Assembly (NCBI GenBank): GCA_013213785.1
Contig: JABSPZ010000015.1
Coordinates: forward strand, 165 to 64,164
Direction of reading: 5' to 3'
DNA length: 64,000 nt
DNA from: Henriciella sp.
Lineage (GTDB): Bacteria; Pseudomonadota; Alphaproteobacteria; Caulobacterales; Hyphomonadaceae
The notes below the pieces were generated by a model. It was given only the letters and a program-made list of their open reading frames with translations, searched no databases and was not told the DNA's origin. Position numbers and translations under genes: made by a program. Below are positions 30,086 to 39,060 of this stretch, piece after piece (the first letter of the stretch is position 1; every line of letters begins with the position of its first letter).

Positions 30086-31375
30086 ATGCCCGCTATTTCC
30101 ATGACCCCGCAGGAAGTCTCCGACTATATCGCCCAAGCTGGACGCGACGCATGGGTGGTTCCTGACGTTCCGGCGGACACACCGCGACGCACGATTGAGA
30201 AAGTCGGCGTCATCGGCGCGGGCACCATGGGCGGCGGCATCTCTATGAACTTTGCCACAGCCGGCATCTCCGTCATCATTCTGGAGCGTCAACAAGAAGC
30301 GCTTGATCGCGGACTGAGCGTTGTGCGCGGCCACTATCAACGCAGCGCCGACAAAGGTCGTTTCCCAATAGAGGAAGTGGACGAGCGGATGGGGCGCCTC
30401 AACGGCACGCTGTCTATGGAAGATTTTGCAGATTGCGATCTGATCATCGAGGCCGTGTTTGAAGATATGGATCTCAAGAAGCAGATCTTCACTGATCTCG
30501 ACCGGATCGCGAAACCGGGTGCAATCCTCGCAACCAACACATCAGCGCTGAACATTGATGAAATTGCGAGCGTTACCAAACGCCCAGAAGACGTGATTGG
30601 CTTGCACTTCTTTTCGCCAGCCAACGTGATGAAACTGTTGGAGATCGTTCGCGCCGATCACACCGCGGATGACGTCATCGCGACCAGCATGGACCTGGCG
30701 AAAACGATCAACAAAGTCGCCACCCTGGTCGGGGTTTGTCCTGGTTTCGTCGGCAACCGCATCCTGTTCGCCCGCCAGTCTCAGGCGCAGAAACTCGTCT
30801 ACAAAGGCGCGATGCCTTGGGATGTGGATGCTGTGCTCAACGCATTCGGGTTCCGCATGGGGCCTTACCAAATGTCAGACCTCGCCGGTCTCGACATTGG
30901 CTGGAAGAAAGGCGCGACAACCGCCAACCCGATTCGCGACGCCCTGTGTGAGCTTGATCGCCGCGGTCAGAAAACCGGCGCGGGTTATTACGATTATGAC
31001 GAAAACCGCCGCCCTATTCCTTCGGACGTTACGGCCAAGATCATCGCAGACGTCACCGGCGTCGAGCCTGGCGGCGCGCCTGGCCAGGACGAGATTATAG
31101 CGACCTGTATCTATCCTATGATCAATGAAGGCCTCAAAATTCTTGAAGAGAAAAAGGCCCAGCGCGCTTCCGATATCGATATCGTTTGGTTGAATGGATA
31201 TGGCTGGCCAGCCGATAAAGGCGGCCCAATGCTATACGGTGATATGGTAGGTGCTGAAGCTGTGCTTGCGACTATGGAAAAACTCGGTGCCGAGGATGAG
31301 CAGTTCGCGCCATGCGAAACGCTGAAACGTCTGGCAGCTGAAGGCGGTCGCTTTATCGACGTTCAACCTGGCTGA
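30086..31375 (+). CDS. 3-hydroxyacyl-CoA dehydrogenase (NAD-binding plus C-terminal domains)
   Basis: Rossmann motif VGVIGAGTMGGGI. HFFSPANVMKLLEIV and PGFVGNRIL are typical of 3HCDH. Confidence 0.88.
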   Translation: MPAISMTPQEVSDYIAQAGRDAWVVPDVPADTPRRTIEKVGVIGAGTMGGGISMNFATAGISVIILERQQEALDRGLSVVRGHYQRSADKGRFPIEEVDERMGRLNGTLSMEDFADCDLIIEAVFEDMDLKKQIFTDLDRIAKPGAILATNTSALNIDEIASVTKRPEDVIGLHFFSPANVMKLLEIVRADHTADDVIATSMDLAKTINKVATLVGVCPGFVGNRILFARQSQAQKLVYKGAMPWDVDAVLNAFGFRMGPYQMSDLAGLDIGWKKGATTANPIRDALCELDRRGQKTGAGYYDYDENRRPIPSDVTAKIIADVTGVEPGGAPGQDEIIATCIYPMINEGLKILEEKKAQRASDIDIVWLNGYGWPADKGGPMLYGDMVGAEAVLATMEKLGAEDEQFAPCETLKRLAAEGGRFIDVQPG

Positions 31376-32997
31376 TGACCGAGACGGCCACCCCATTTCC
31401 CGGCGAGTACGATTATGTGATCGCTGGGGCTGGGTCTGCTGGCTGCGTGGTTGCGAACCGTCTTTCCGAAAATCCAAAAAACCGTGTCTTGCTGCTCGAG
31501 GCAGGCGGCAAAGACAATTGGATCTGGTTTCACATTCCGGTCGGATACTTGTTTGCCATTGGTAATCCGCGTTCCGATTGGATGTTCGAAACGACATCTC
31601 AGCCCGGTCTGAATGGCCGCAAGCTAAACTATCCACGCGGCAAAGTTTTGGGCGGCTCCTCAGCGATCAATGCAATGATTACCATGCGGGGCCAAGCGCA
31701 AGACTATGATCACTGGCGCGACCTAGGATTGCCCGGTTGGGGCTGGGATGACGTTCTGCCCGTTTTTCGCGATCTGGAAGACCACTTCTTGGGTGAGAGT
31801 GAGATTCACGGCACCGGCGGCAATTGGCGGGTCGAACCACCTCGGATCAGTTGGGACATTCTAGATGCTGTGCGGGACGCCGCCGCCGAAATGGCGATCC
31901 CCAAGACCCCTGATTTCAATACTGGCGATAATGAAGGGGCTGGCTATTTCCACGTCAATCAAAAGGCGGGACGACGTTGGTCAGCGGGGCGAGGGTTTTT
32001 GAAGCCAGCAAGGAACCGGCCTAATCTGCGGGTTGAGACCGGCGCCTTGATCGATAAAGTGATGCTAGAAAGTGGCCGCGCAAAAGGCCTAATTTTTGAG
32101 CAAAACGGCCAGCGATATAGGGTTGAAGCAAAAGGCGAGACCGTGCTCTGCGCTGGGTCGATCGGCAGCGTACAGATCTTGCAGCGCTCCGGGATCGGTC
32201 CAGCGAAAATCTTGAAAAATGCTGGCATTACACCGCAATACGACCTGCCCGGCGTGGGCGCCAATTTGCAGGATCACTTACAACAGCGCGCAATCTACAA
32301 AGTTTCCAACGCCGTTACGTTAAACCAGACCTATTACTCATTGTTCGGCAAGGCCAAGATGGGGCTAGATTACTTGTTCCGGCGGCGCGGACCACTAACC
32401 ATGGCGCCGTCACAGCTTGGCATCTTCACCCGCTCCTCGCCCGAACATGAGCGCGCGAACATTCAATTTCATGTTCAGCCGCTCTCGCTGGATAAGTTTG
32501 GTGATCCGTTGCATCGCTTTCCTGCGATCACCGTGGCGGCCTGCAATCTGCGTCCAACCTCGCGCGGATCCATTCGGATTGGCGGCCCCACCCTCACGGA
32601 CGCGCCCACAATCGATCCTAACTATCTGGACACCGAGGCTGACCGCACAGTCGCCGCAGATGCGATTCGTGTGACGCGAAAGCTGATGTCGCAGCCAGCT
32701 CTGGCGGCCTATCACCCCAGCGAACACCTTCCCGGTCCTGATTATCCCGACGACGATCTTGCGCGCGCCGCTGGCGATATCGGAACGACAATTTTTCACC
32801 CCGTCGGCACCGCCATGATGGGTGCGGACACGGATCCAATGGCTGTTGTGAACGCGTATCTGCAAGTACGAGGCGTCGATCGTTTGCGCGTCATCGATGC
32901 CTCCGTGATGCCAAACATCACATCAGGAAACACAAATACGCCAACAATTATGATCGCGGCTAAAGGTGCCCGTTTACTTTCCTCAAAGTCACCATAA
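31375..32997 (+). CDS. GMC-family FAD oxidoreductase (choline/alcohol dehydrogenase-like)
   Basis: YDYVIAGAGSAGCVVANRLSE...LLLEAGG is the GMC signature 1. C-terminal HPVGTAMMG and NTNTPTIMIAAKGA blocks are present. The start overlaps the upstream stop (TGATG). Confidence 0.9.
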   Translation: MTETATPFPGEYDYVIAGAGSAGCVVANRLSENPKNRVLLLEAGGKDNWIWFHIPVGYLFAIGNPRSDWMFETTSQPGLNGRKLNYPRGKVLGGSSAINAMITMRGQAQDYDHWRDLGLPGWGWDDVLPVFRDLEDHFLGESEIHGTGGNWRVEPPRISWDILDAVRDAAAEMAIPKTPDFNTGDNEGAGYFHVNQKAGRRWSAGRGFLKPARNRPNLRVETGALIDKVMLESGRAKGLIFEQNGQRYRVEAKGETVLCAGSIGSVQILQRSGIGPAKILKNAGITPQYDLPGVGANLQDHLQQRAIYKVSNAVTLNQTYYSLFGKAKMGLDYLFRRRGPLTMAPSQLGIFTRSSPEHERANIQFHVQPLSLDKFGDPLHRFPAITVAACNLRPTSRGSIRIGGPTLTDAPTIDPNYLDTEADRTVAADAIRVTRKLMSQPALAAYHPSEHLPGPDYPDDDLARAAGDIGTTIFHPVGTAMMGADTDPMAVVNAYLQVRGVDRLRVIDASVMPNITSGNTNTPTIMIAAKGARLLSSKSP

Positions 32998-33009
32998 TTC
33001 CCACTATGT

Positions 33010-33696
33010 GTGCGGTTTCCAATTCAAAGAATGAGGACGCTAATGATGTGGCGTGCAGCTTTCCTACTCTTGATCTCTAGCGTTTGCGCAACAGCGCAAG
33101 CGGCCGAGCTTCATACGCGCGGTTGGATCGAACACGCTCGGATCATGCCGGATCGTTTACTGATGACGGCAAAACTCGATAGCGGCGCCAAGACCACCTC
33201 AATCCATGCGGAAATTATCACCGATGTCCCTGATATAGACTCGCTATCGCCAGAAGCGCTCGCAGAATTTCTCGCCGAATCAGAAGACGCAGCGATGGAA
33301 ATGATGGGTAGCAAAATGGTCGATGGAGAAGCACCAGACGATCCACCAGCGGCAGAAATTGCGCCGCTTTCAGAGGTCGATATGCAGGACATGATGCCAG
33401 AGAGGATCACGTTCCGATTAACCAGCCGCGGCGGCAAAGAACGGCTCTACACAAAGCCGGTGTCTCGCTGGGTCTCAATCCGGCGACGCGGCGGCGGTTC
33501 TATTGTACGCCCGGTCGTCATGATGGAGCTGTGCATCGCCGGGCGCCGTGTCGAAGGCGAGGTTAATCTCGCCGACCGGTCGGGTTTCAACTATCCGCTT
33601 CTGATCGGACGGAACATGTTGGGCGATGCCGCTATTTCAGTAGACTCGCGGCAAATCTTTGCGTCCAAGAAAGCGTGTCCAACGCCCAAAGAATGA
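33010..33696 (+). CDS. Secreted retropepsin-like / putative ATP-dependent zinc protease (RimB-like) domain protein with an acidic insertion
   Basis: AKLDSGAKTTSIHAE and the C-terminal NLADRSGFNYPLLIGRNML match that family pattern. An acidic segment of about 65 aa (DIDSLSPEALAEFLAESEDAAMEMM...) splits the domain. Signal peptide present. Confidence 0.6.
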   Translation: MRFPIQRMRTLMMWRAAFLLLISSVCATAQAAELHTRGWIEHARIMPDRLLMTAKLDSGAKTTSIHAEIITDVPDIDSLSPEALAEFLAESEDAAMEMMGSKMVDGEAPDDPPAAEIAPLSEVDMQDMMPERITFRLTSRGGKERLYTKPVSRWVSIRRRGGGSIVRPVVMMELCIAGRRVEGEVNLADRSGFNYPLLIGRNMLGDAAISVDSRQIFASKKACPTPKE

Positions 33697-33765
33697 TTGG
33701 TAACAATCGAGCGCGGACAAACCGCCACAGCGACGTGAAACATTGTCGCGCCTAAATCGACCCCG

Positions 33766-34134
33766 ATGCGTTTCTGGATCTTTCTCCGAATGTTGCTCCT
33801 TGCAGCAGCGAGCCTTGGCTATTTCGCCAATGGTGCCCAAGCGCATGTTCGCATTATGCCCGGAGAAACGATCAGCTTGATGATCTGTTCTACTGGCGCC
33901 AATCGAATGCTCGATATGGAGATCCCTGGTGAGCCAGCGGAGGAAACCAAGGGCACATCTTGCGGCGATTGCGCTGCGCCATCGGCGCTGCTGCCTCCTG
34001 AAGTCAGACATATCCAACCTCGTGTTCTTTTCGCGCAGCCCTTGCCCGCGCAAATGCCTGAGGCGGTCTCACCACGATCGCCCCTTTGGCCAGGCGCTCC
34101 GCCTCAGGGACCACCCCCCTTTCACAACGCTTAG
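33766..34134 (+). CDS. Small secreted protein with a CxxC motif and Pro-rich tail (DUF2946-like, tentative)
   Basis: Signal peptide MRFWIFLRMLLLAAASLGYFANGAQA. SCGDCAAPS motif. Sits upstream of an outer-membrane barrel gene. Confidence 0.4.
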   Translation: MRFWIFLRMLLLAAASLGYFANGAQAHVRIMPGETISLMICSTGANRMLDMEIPGEPAEETKGTSCGDCAAPSALLPPEVRHIQPRVLFAQPLPAQMPEAVSPRSPLWPGAPPQGPPPFHNA

Positions 34135-34188
34135 CCATTTTCCTTATTCAGGCGCGAACAGCGCCCACTAGCTTTGTGAGTAAATTCA

Positions 34189-35274
34189 ATGAAACTCAAA
34201 CTCCTCGCGAGCACAGCTCTGCTGTGCGCCGCTTTGCCTGCGTCTGCCCACGAAGGCGACGGCGGCAATGTCACCTACGCCTCAGACCACGCGCCGATTG
34301 GCGTGATGGCCGACCACCGCCACAAGAAAGGCGAGTGGATGACATCCTATCGCTTCATGCGCATGGACATGTCCGGAAATCGAGATGGCACAGATGGCAT
34401 TTCTCCAGAAGAAATCGTCACCACGGTCGCTAATCCATTCGCCAACCCACCGATGATGCCGCCCACCTTGCGGGTGGTCCCAACCGAGATGCCGATGCAA
34501 ATGCATATGGTCAGCGGTATGTATGGCCTCTCCGATCGGATCACTCTGATGGCGATGGGCATGTATCTGTCGAGTGAGATGGACCACATCACGTTTCAAG
34601 GTCCGATGGGGACGACTCGTCTTGGCGAGTTCACCACCGAGACCGAAGGGTTTGGCGATACAACAATTGGCGCGATCATCGGTCTGGACGATGGGTCATA
34701 TGAGCATCGCCAGATCAATCTCGGGCTCGCACTGTCTTTGCCCACCGGATCAATCAAAGAGACAGATCAGATCTTAACCCCTATGGGCACGACCCCAAGC
34801 CCGCGCCTGCCCTATCCAATGCAACTTGGATCCGGGAGTTTTGACCTCAAACCCTCGCTCAACGCGTTCTCGAGAACCGGGAAGTGGAATTATGGCGGCC
34901 AAGCTTCTGCCGTCATCCGCCTCGACGAGAATGATGAGGGTTACACGCTTGGAGATCGGCTGGAGGCAACCGGCTGGGTCGCTTACGAGCCGATGTCTTG
35001 GATCTCGTTCTCAGGGCGCCTGAAAGCTGCCAGCGTCGGCCAAATTGATGGAACAGATCCAGTGATCCGAGCGCCGGTTCAAACCGCTGATCCAGACAAT
35101 CACGGCGGTGAAACGCTCGAGGCTCTGTTCGGGGTTAACCTGGCGGGTCAATCCGGATGGCAAAAAGGCCATCGACTCGCAGCTGAGATCGGGTTGCCGG
35201 TCTATCGTGACTTAAATGGACCACAGCTCGAAACCGATATGACGTTTACGTTGGGGTGGCAGAAAGCCTTCTAA
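34189..35274 (+). CDS. Outer-membrane beta-barrel protein (transporter/MetA-pathway-like family) with a His/Met-rich N-terminal region
   Basis: Signal peptide ending ASAHEG. Also HAPIGVMADHRHKKGEWMTSYRFMRMDM and a Met-rich PPMMPPTLRVVPTEMPMQMHMVSGMYG. Alternating beta-strand pattern, and the C-terminus ends TLGWQKAF (terminal Phe). Confidence 0.65.
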   Translation: MKLKLLASTALLCAALPASAHEGDGGNVTYASDHAPIGVMADHRHKKGEWMTSYRFMRMDMSGNRDGTDGISPEEIVTTVANPFANPPMMPPTLRVVPTEMPMQMHMVSGMYGLSDRITLMAMGMYLSSEMDHITFQGPMGTTRLGEFTTETEGFGDTTIGAIIGLDDGSYEHRQINLGLALSLPTGSIKETDQILTPMGTTPSPRLPYPMQLGSGSFDLKPSLNAFSRTGKWNYGGQASAVIRLDENDEGYTLGDRLEATGWVAYEPMSWISFSGRLKAASVGQIDGTDPVIRAPVQTADPDNHGGETLEALFGVNLAGQSGWQKGHRLAAEIGLPVYRDLNGPQLETDMTFTLGWQKAF

Positions 35275-35363
35275 CCTGTTGTCAGACCCAGGGATTTGCC
35301 TGCTCTTGGTCTGACCATTTGACCCGGTCCAATCGCGTGTTAGTCTGCTCAAAAAAAGTTGGT

Positions 35364-36032
35364 ATGCAGACGTATTCGGACGGGGACGAAATGCGGGTAC
35401 ACATAAGCGATATTCCTCAGGTGGTGATTGGCACAAAAGGCCTCGATTTCGAGGTTGGCCATAGAGTTGAGTCTGTGCCGCGCTTACACTTAGAAGACGA
35501 CAGTATCGTCTATTTCAGCCCGGAACGCCCCGATCTCTCCATTAGCAATGCGAGGTCCGTTTTTTGGCACGCCTTTACGGTTGGGCTTAATCTCTATGAG
35601 AGCACGGGCCTTGAGGATGATATCGTCGTCTTCAATCCCAAAAACCCGCGCGAGTCCTCGCAATGGCCAAAACAAATCTTCTACGCCACGGCGAAAAAAG
35701 GTTTCGCTCTGTATAATGAGCTAGACGCAGGAATCTCTAATGTCGCGTATTTCCAGCCTCAAAGCCGATTGCAAAAGGCGGATGATGCTGATGGCGAGGT
35801 CTGGCTGGAGATCCATGTCGAATTTCGCGCTGGGCCGGGCCAAACCATTATCGGACAAAGACGGCGCATCAATAAGAATACCGGCGAAATCGAATACGGG
35901 CAGACTTTTGTTCAACCGCTCGATGTTGCGATCAACAGCTATGAAGAGCTTGGGAGAGCCATTGAGGACGTCCTGAGCCCAAATCCCGATCGGCGAAATG
36001 TCGTCAAGCTACCTGCCCGAGAAGAGAACTGA
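35364..36032 (+). CDS. Hypothetical protein (222 aa), no family recognised
   Basis: Open frame with coding-like composition. The ATG at 35364 lacks a clear SD. The tracked ORF extends to a GTG at 35256 inside the preceding gene, so the start is uncertain. Confidence 0.5.
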   Translation: MQTYSDGDEMRVHISDIPQVVIGTKGLDFEVGHRVESVPRLHLEDDSIVYFSPERPDLSISNARSVFWHAFTVGLNLYESTGLEDDIVVFNPKNPRESSQWPKQIFYATAKKGFALYNELDAGISNVAYFQPQSRLQKADDADGEVWLEIHVEFRAGPGQTIIGQRRRINKNTGEIEYGQTFVQPLDVAINSYEELGRAIEDVLSPNPDRRNVVKLPAREEN

Positions 36033-36075
36033 AGCTAGGTTGAACAAGTTCACAAAGTTGTGTGATGTTATATCG

Positions 36076-36098
36076 TTGCAAATGCTATCCATTTGCAA
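36076..36098. promoter_or_regulatory. Perfect palindrome TTGCAAATG-N5-CATTTGCAA, a candidate operator for the adjacent XRE regulator
   Basis: 9-bp perfect inverted arms at 36076-36084 and 36090-36098, in an AT-rich 123-bp intergenic region. It lies about 60 nt upstream of the XRE gene start. Confidence 0.4.
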
Positions 36099-36155
36099 TA
36101 TGCGACAATCATAGTTAAGAATCTCAAACGCAATAGCGCCTCCTGAGAATTCGAA

Positions 36156-36473
36156 ATGACGAACAAAAACCCAAGCAATCACCTCAAAGCGTGGCGAGAG
36201 TTTCGAGGGTTCACACAAGAAAGTCTGGCCTCAAGCGTTGGGACGACTGCCGCCGTTGTATCACTGCTCGAGAATGGACAACGCGGCCTGTCCGCAAGTT
36301 GGTTGGACCGCCTATCGAGACCGCTGCAAACGTCTCCAGGTTTTTTACTGGATCGTCACCCAAGTGACTTAGCCACTGAGCTCTTAGAGCTTTGGGCCGG
36401 TATTCCGACTGAAAACCAACCCAAAGCGATCAAAGCGCTCCGGTCATTGTCGATCGACAAAACCGGCACTTAG
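36156..36473 (+). CDS. XRE-family helix-turn-helix transcriptional regulator
   Basis: 105 aa. LKAWREFRGFTQESLASSVGTTAAVVSLLENGQRGLS is a classical Cro/C1-type HTH. Confidence 0.8.
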   Translation: MTNKNPSNHLKAWREFRGFTQESLASSVGTTAAVVSLLENGQRGLSASWLDRLSRPLQTSPGFLLDRHPSDLATELLELWAGIPTENQPKAIKALRSLSIDKTGT

Positions 36474-36485
36474 CGCCCAGGGCGA

Positions 36486-37382
36486 TTACGCCCCAAGCTC
36501 CCGTTCGAAAAGAGCGAGCATCCGTCCCCAAGCACGTTCGGATTGTTCCGGGTTATGCGCGCGTGAATCGGTTGGAACCCAGCCATGCATGGCGTCATCG
36601 TAAACTTCGATTTCAGCAGGAACGTCCGCCGCTTCAAACGCCGCGATCAGCTCACCTTGGGCTTCCGGTTGGCGCTCATGGTCATTTTCAGCAATCGCGA
36701 TCAATACACCGCCTTGAATATCTCCGGCTAAACGATGCGGGCTATCTTCGGCTTCCGTGACGAGGCCGCCGCCATGGAATGAAGCGGGTGCTTTCACATG
36801 GCTCGGCACAGCGGCCGCGGCGCGCAATGTCCATGAGCCCGTCATGCAGAACCCAATCGCGCCGATGCCACGCGCGCTATCAACTGGGGCCTGCGCATCA
36901 AGCCAGGCAACAATGGCGGCGGAGTCGGTGATAACGGTTGCTGGTGTTAGCGATTCATAATGCGGGCGCACTTTGTCCCAGCCGCCTTCATCTCGGATGG
37001 TTTCGCCATCGCCGAACATGCGTCCGACATGCGTCCGGTAATACGGGTTCGCCGCGAGAACGCTGTATCCCGCGCCGGCCAGGCTGCGCGCCATGTCGAA
37101 AAAGGCCGGACGCACGCCATGGATATCTGGCCAAATGATCACGGCGGCATGCGCGCCTTGGACCGGGTGAATGAATAGCGCGTCCACTTCCCCATCAGGC
37201 GTTGGAACGAGAACCTCAGTCTCAGTGATTGTGCCCGGCGCCGGTTTCGGCATCGCACAGGCGGATAGCGCGAAGCTTCCTGCGGCCACTGTCGCGGTCG
37301 CACCAACAGCAAAACTGCGCCGCGTCATCGCTTTGCGTTTGAGATAGGCCTCTAATTCGCGTTCGGTGGTTTCATCGCACAT
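36486..37382 (-). CDS. Dienelactone hydrolase family protein with a Tat-like signal
   Basis: MTRRSFAVGATATVAAGSFALSAC signal. DLH-like blocks IGAIGFCMTGSW (nucleophile Cys elbow) and C-terminal DDAMHGW. Start set at ATG 37382 (GAGAAGGA SD). Confidence 0.85.
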   Translation of the reverse strand: MCDETTERELEAYLKRKAMTRRSFAVGATATVAAGSFALSACAMPKPAPGTITETEVLVPTPDGEVDALFIHPVQGAHAAVIIWPDIHGVRPAFFDMARSLAGAGYSVLAANPYYRTHVGRMFGDGETIRDEGGWDKVRPHYESLTPATVITDSAAIVAWLDAQAPVDSARGIGAIGFCMTGSWTLRAAAAVPSHVKAPASFHGGGLVTEAEDSPHRLAGDIQGGVLIAIAENDHERQPEAQGELIAAFEAADVPAEIEVYDDAMHGWVPTDSRAHNPEQSERAWGRMLALFERELGA

Positions 37383-37515
37383 GGCTTGGTCCTTCTCTCC
37401 AGATCTAATGTCCCTACCCAAACAGATGACACGGTTGGGCGCGGGTTCAAGTTAAACACCAATTGCGACACTTCACCCGTGGCCTCAAGCGGTCCGCGCC
37501 CTAGCTCTCGGGAAC

Positions 37516-39060
37516 GTGAAACAATTACCGGGGCGCCCCATCGCAAACCTCATTCTCATTCTAGGTGACCAGCTCTCGCCGAACCTATCTTCTCTGCAAG
37601 CCGGCGACCCGGCTACTGATCGCGTGCTGATGGTCGAGGTACAGGAAGAGGCGACTTATGTACGCCACCACAAAAAGAAGATTGCATTTCTTTTCTCCGC
37701 TATGCGCCACTTCGCCGAAGAGCTTCGAGCAGCGGGCTGGACCGTCGACTATGTGACACTCGATGCACCAGAGAATAGCGGGAGTTTTACCGGCGAGGTC
37801 GAACGAGCAGTTAAGAAGCTTTCGCCCAACAAGATCCTTGTCACAGAGCCCGGCGAGTGGCGCGTGCGTGAGGCGATGAACGGTTGGGAACAAGCGTTCA
37901 AAACCCCGGTCCAGATTCTCGAAGATGATCGCTTCATCGCAACGCATGAAGAGTTTCAGACCTGGGCAGAGGGCCGGAAGCAACTGCGCATGGAATATTT
38001 CTATCGCGAGATGCGCCGCAAAACCGGCCTGCTGATGGACGGTGACCAACCCGAAGGTGGCAAGTGGAATTATGATGCGGAGAACCGCAAACCCGCGAAG
38101 GCCGATCTTTTCATGCCAACGCCGCTGCGCGCCACGCCAGATGCGATCACGGAGGACGTCCTTTCCTTGGTCGCCGGCCGATTCGACAATCACTTTGGCG
38201 ACCTGAAACCCTTTTGGTTCGGCGTCACTCGGGATGAAGCTGAGGCAGCGTTAGATCAATTCATCGAAACGGCACTGGCGAAGTTCGGCGACTATCAAGA
38301 CGCGATGTTGGAAGGAGAGAAGTTTCTCTATCACTCGATCCTATCGCTCTACATCAATGCCGGTTTGCTTGACCCGCTTTATGTCTGTCAGCGCGTAGAG
38401 GCTGCATACAAAAACGGAGAGGCTCCGCTGAATGCTGCTGAAGGCTTCATTCGTCAGATCATTGGTTGGCGCGAATATGTCCGCGGGATCTATTGGCTGA
38501 AGATGCCCGACTATGTGGACGAGAATTTCTTCGGGAATACACGCGCCCTGCCCGACTTCTATTGGACCGGCGAGACTGATATGGCTTGCCTACGCGCCGC
38601 GATCACACAGACGAAAGAAGAAGCTTACGCGCACCATATTCAGCGCTTGATGGTAACCGGCAATTTCGCCCTCATCGCCGGCATTGATCCAAAAGAGGTG
38701 CATGAATGGTATCTGGCCGTTTATGCCGACGCGTATGAATGGGTCGAGCTGCCCAACACGCTCGGCATGAGCCAGTTTGGTGATGGCGGTGTGTTAGGGT
38801 CCAAGCCCTATGCCTCATCGGGAAACTACATCCACAAAATGTCTGACCATTGCAAAGGCTGCAAATTCGACGTGAAGCAGAAAACAGGGGACAAGGCCTG
38901 TCCGTTCAATCCGCTCTATTGGGATTTCCTGGTCCGAAACCGAGAGAAGCTCGCCGGCAATCCACGCATGGCGCAGATGTATCGAACATGGGAACGCATG
39001 AGCGAGGAAAAGCAGCGCGAGTATTTGGAGAGCGCCGCTAAGGTCCTTGCGTCGCTCTAA
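37516..39060 (+). CDS. Cryptochrome/photolyase family protein of the Fe-S cluster type (CryB/PhrB-like, (6-4) photolyase-related)
   Basis: GTG start. N-terminal LILILGDQLS. C-terminal Cys pattern ...DMACLRAA... and HCKGCKFDVKQKTGDKACPFNPLYWDF matches the 4-Cys [4Fe-4S] ligand arrangement of FeS-BCPs. Confidence 0.85.
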   Translation: MKQLPGRPIANLILILGDQLSPNLSSLQAGDPATDRVLMVEVQEEATYVRHHKKKIAFLFSAMRHFAEELRAAGWTVDYVTLDAPENSGSFTGEVERAVKKLSPNKILVTEPGEWRVREAMNGWEQAFKTPVQILEDDRFIATHEEFQTWAEGRKQLRMEYFYREMRRKTGLLMDGDQPEGGKWNYDAENRKPAKADLFMPTPLRATPDAITEDVLSLVAGRFDNHFGDLKPFWFGVTRDEAEAALDQFIETALAKFGDYQDAMLEGEKFLYHSILSLYINAGLLDPLYVCQRVEAAYKNGEAPLNAAEGFIRQIIGWREYVRGIYWLKMPDYVDENFFGNTRALPDFYWTGETDMACLRAAITQTKEEAYAHHIQRLMVTGNFALIAGIDPKEVHEWYLAVYADAYEWVELPNTLGMSQFGDGGVLGSKPYASSGNYIHKMSDHCKGCKFDVKQKTGDKACPFNPLYWDFLVRNREKLAGNPRMAQMYRTWERMSEEKQREYLESAAKVLASL

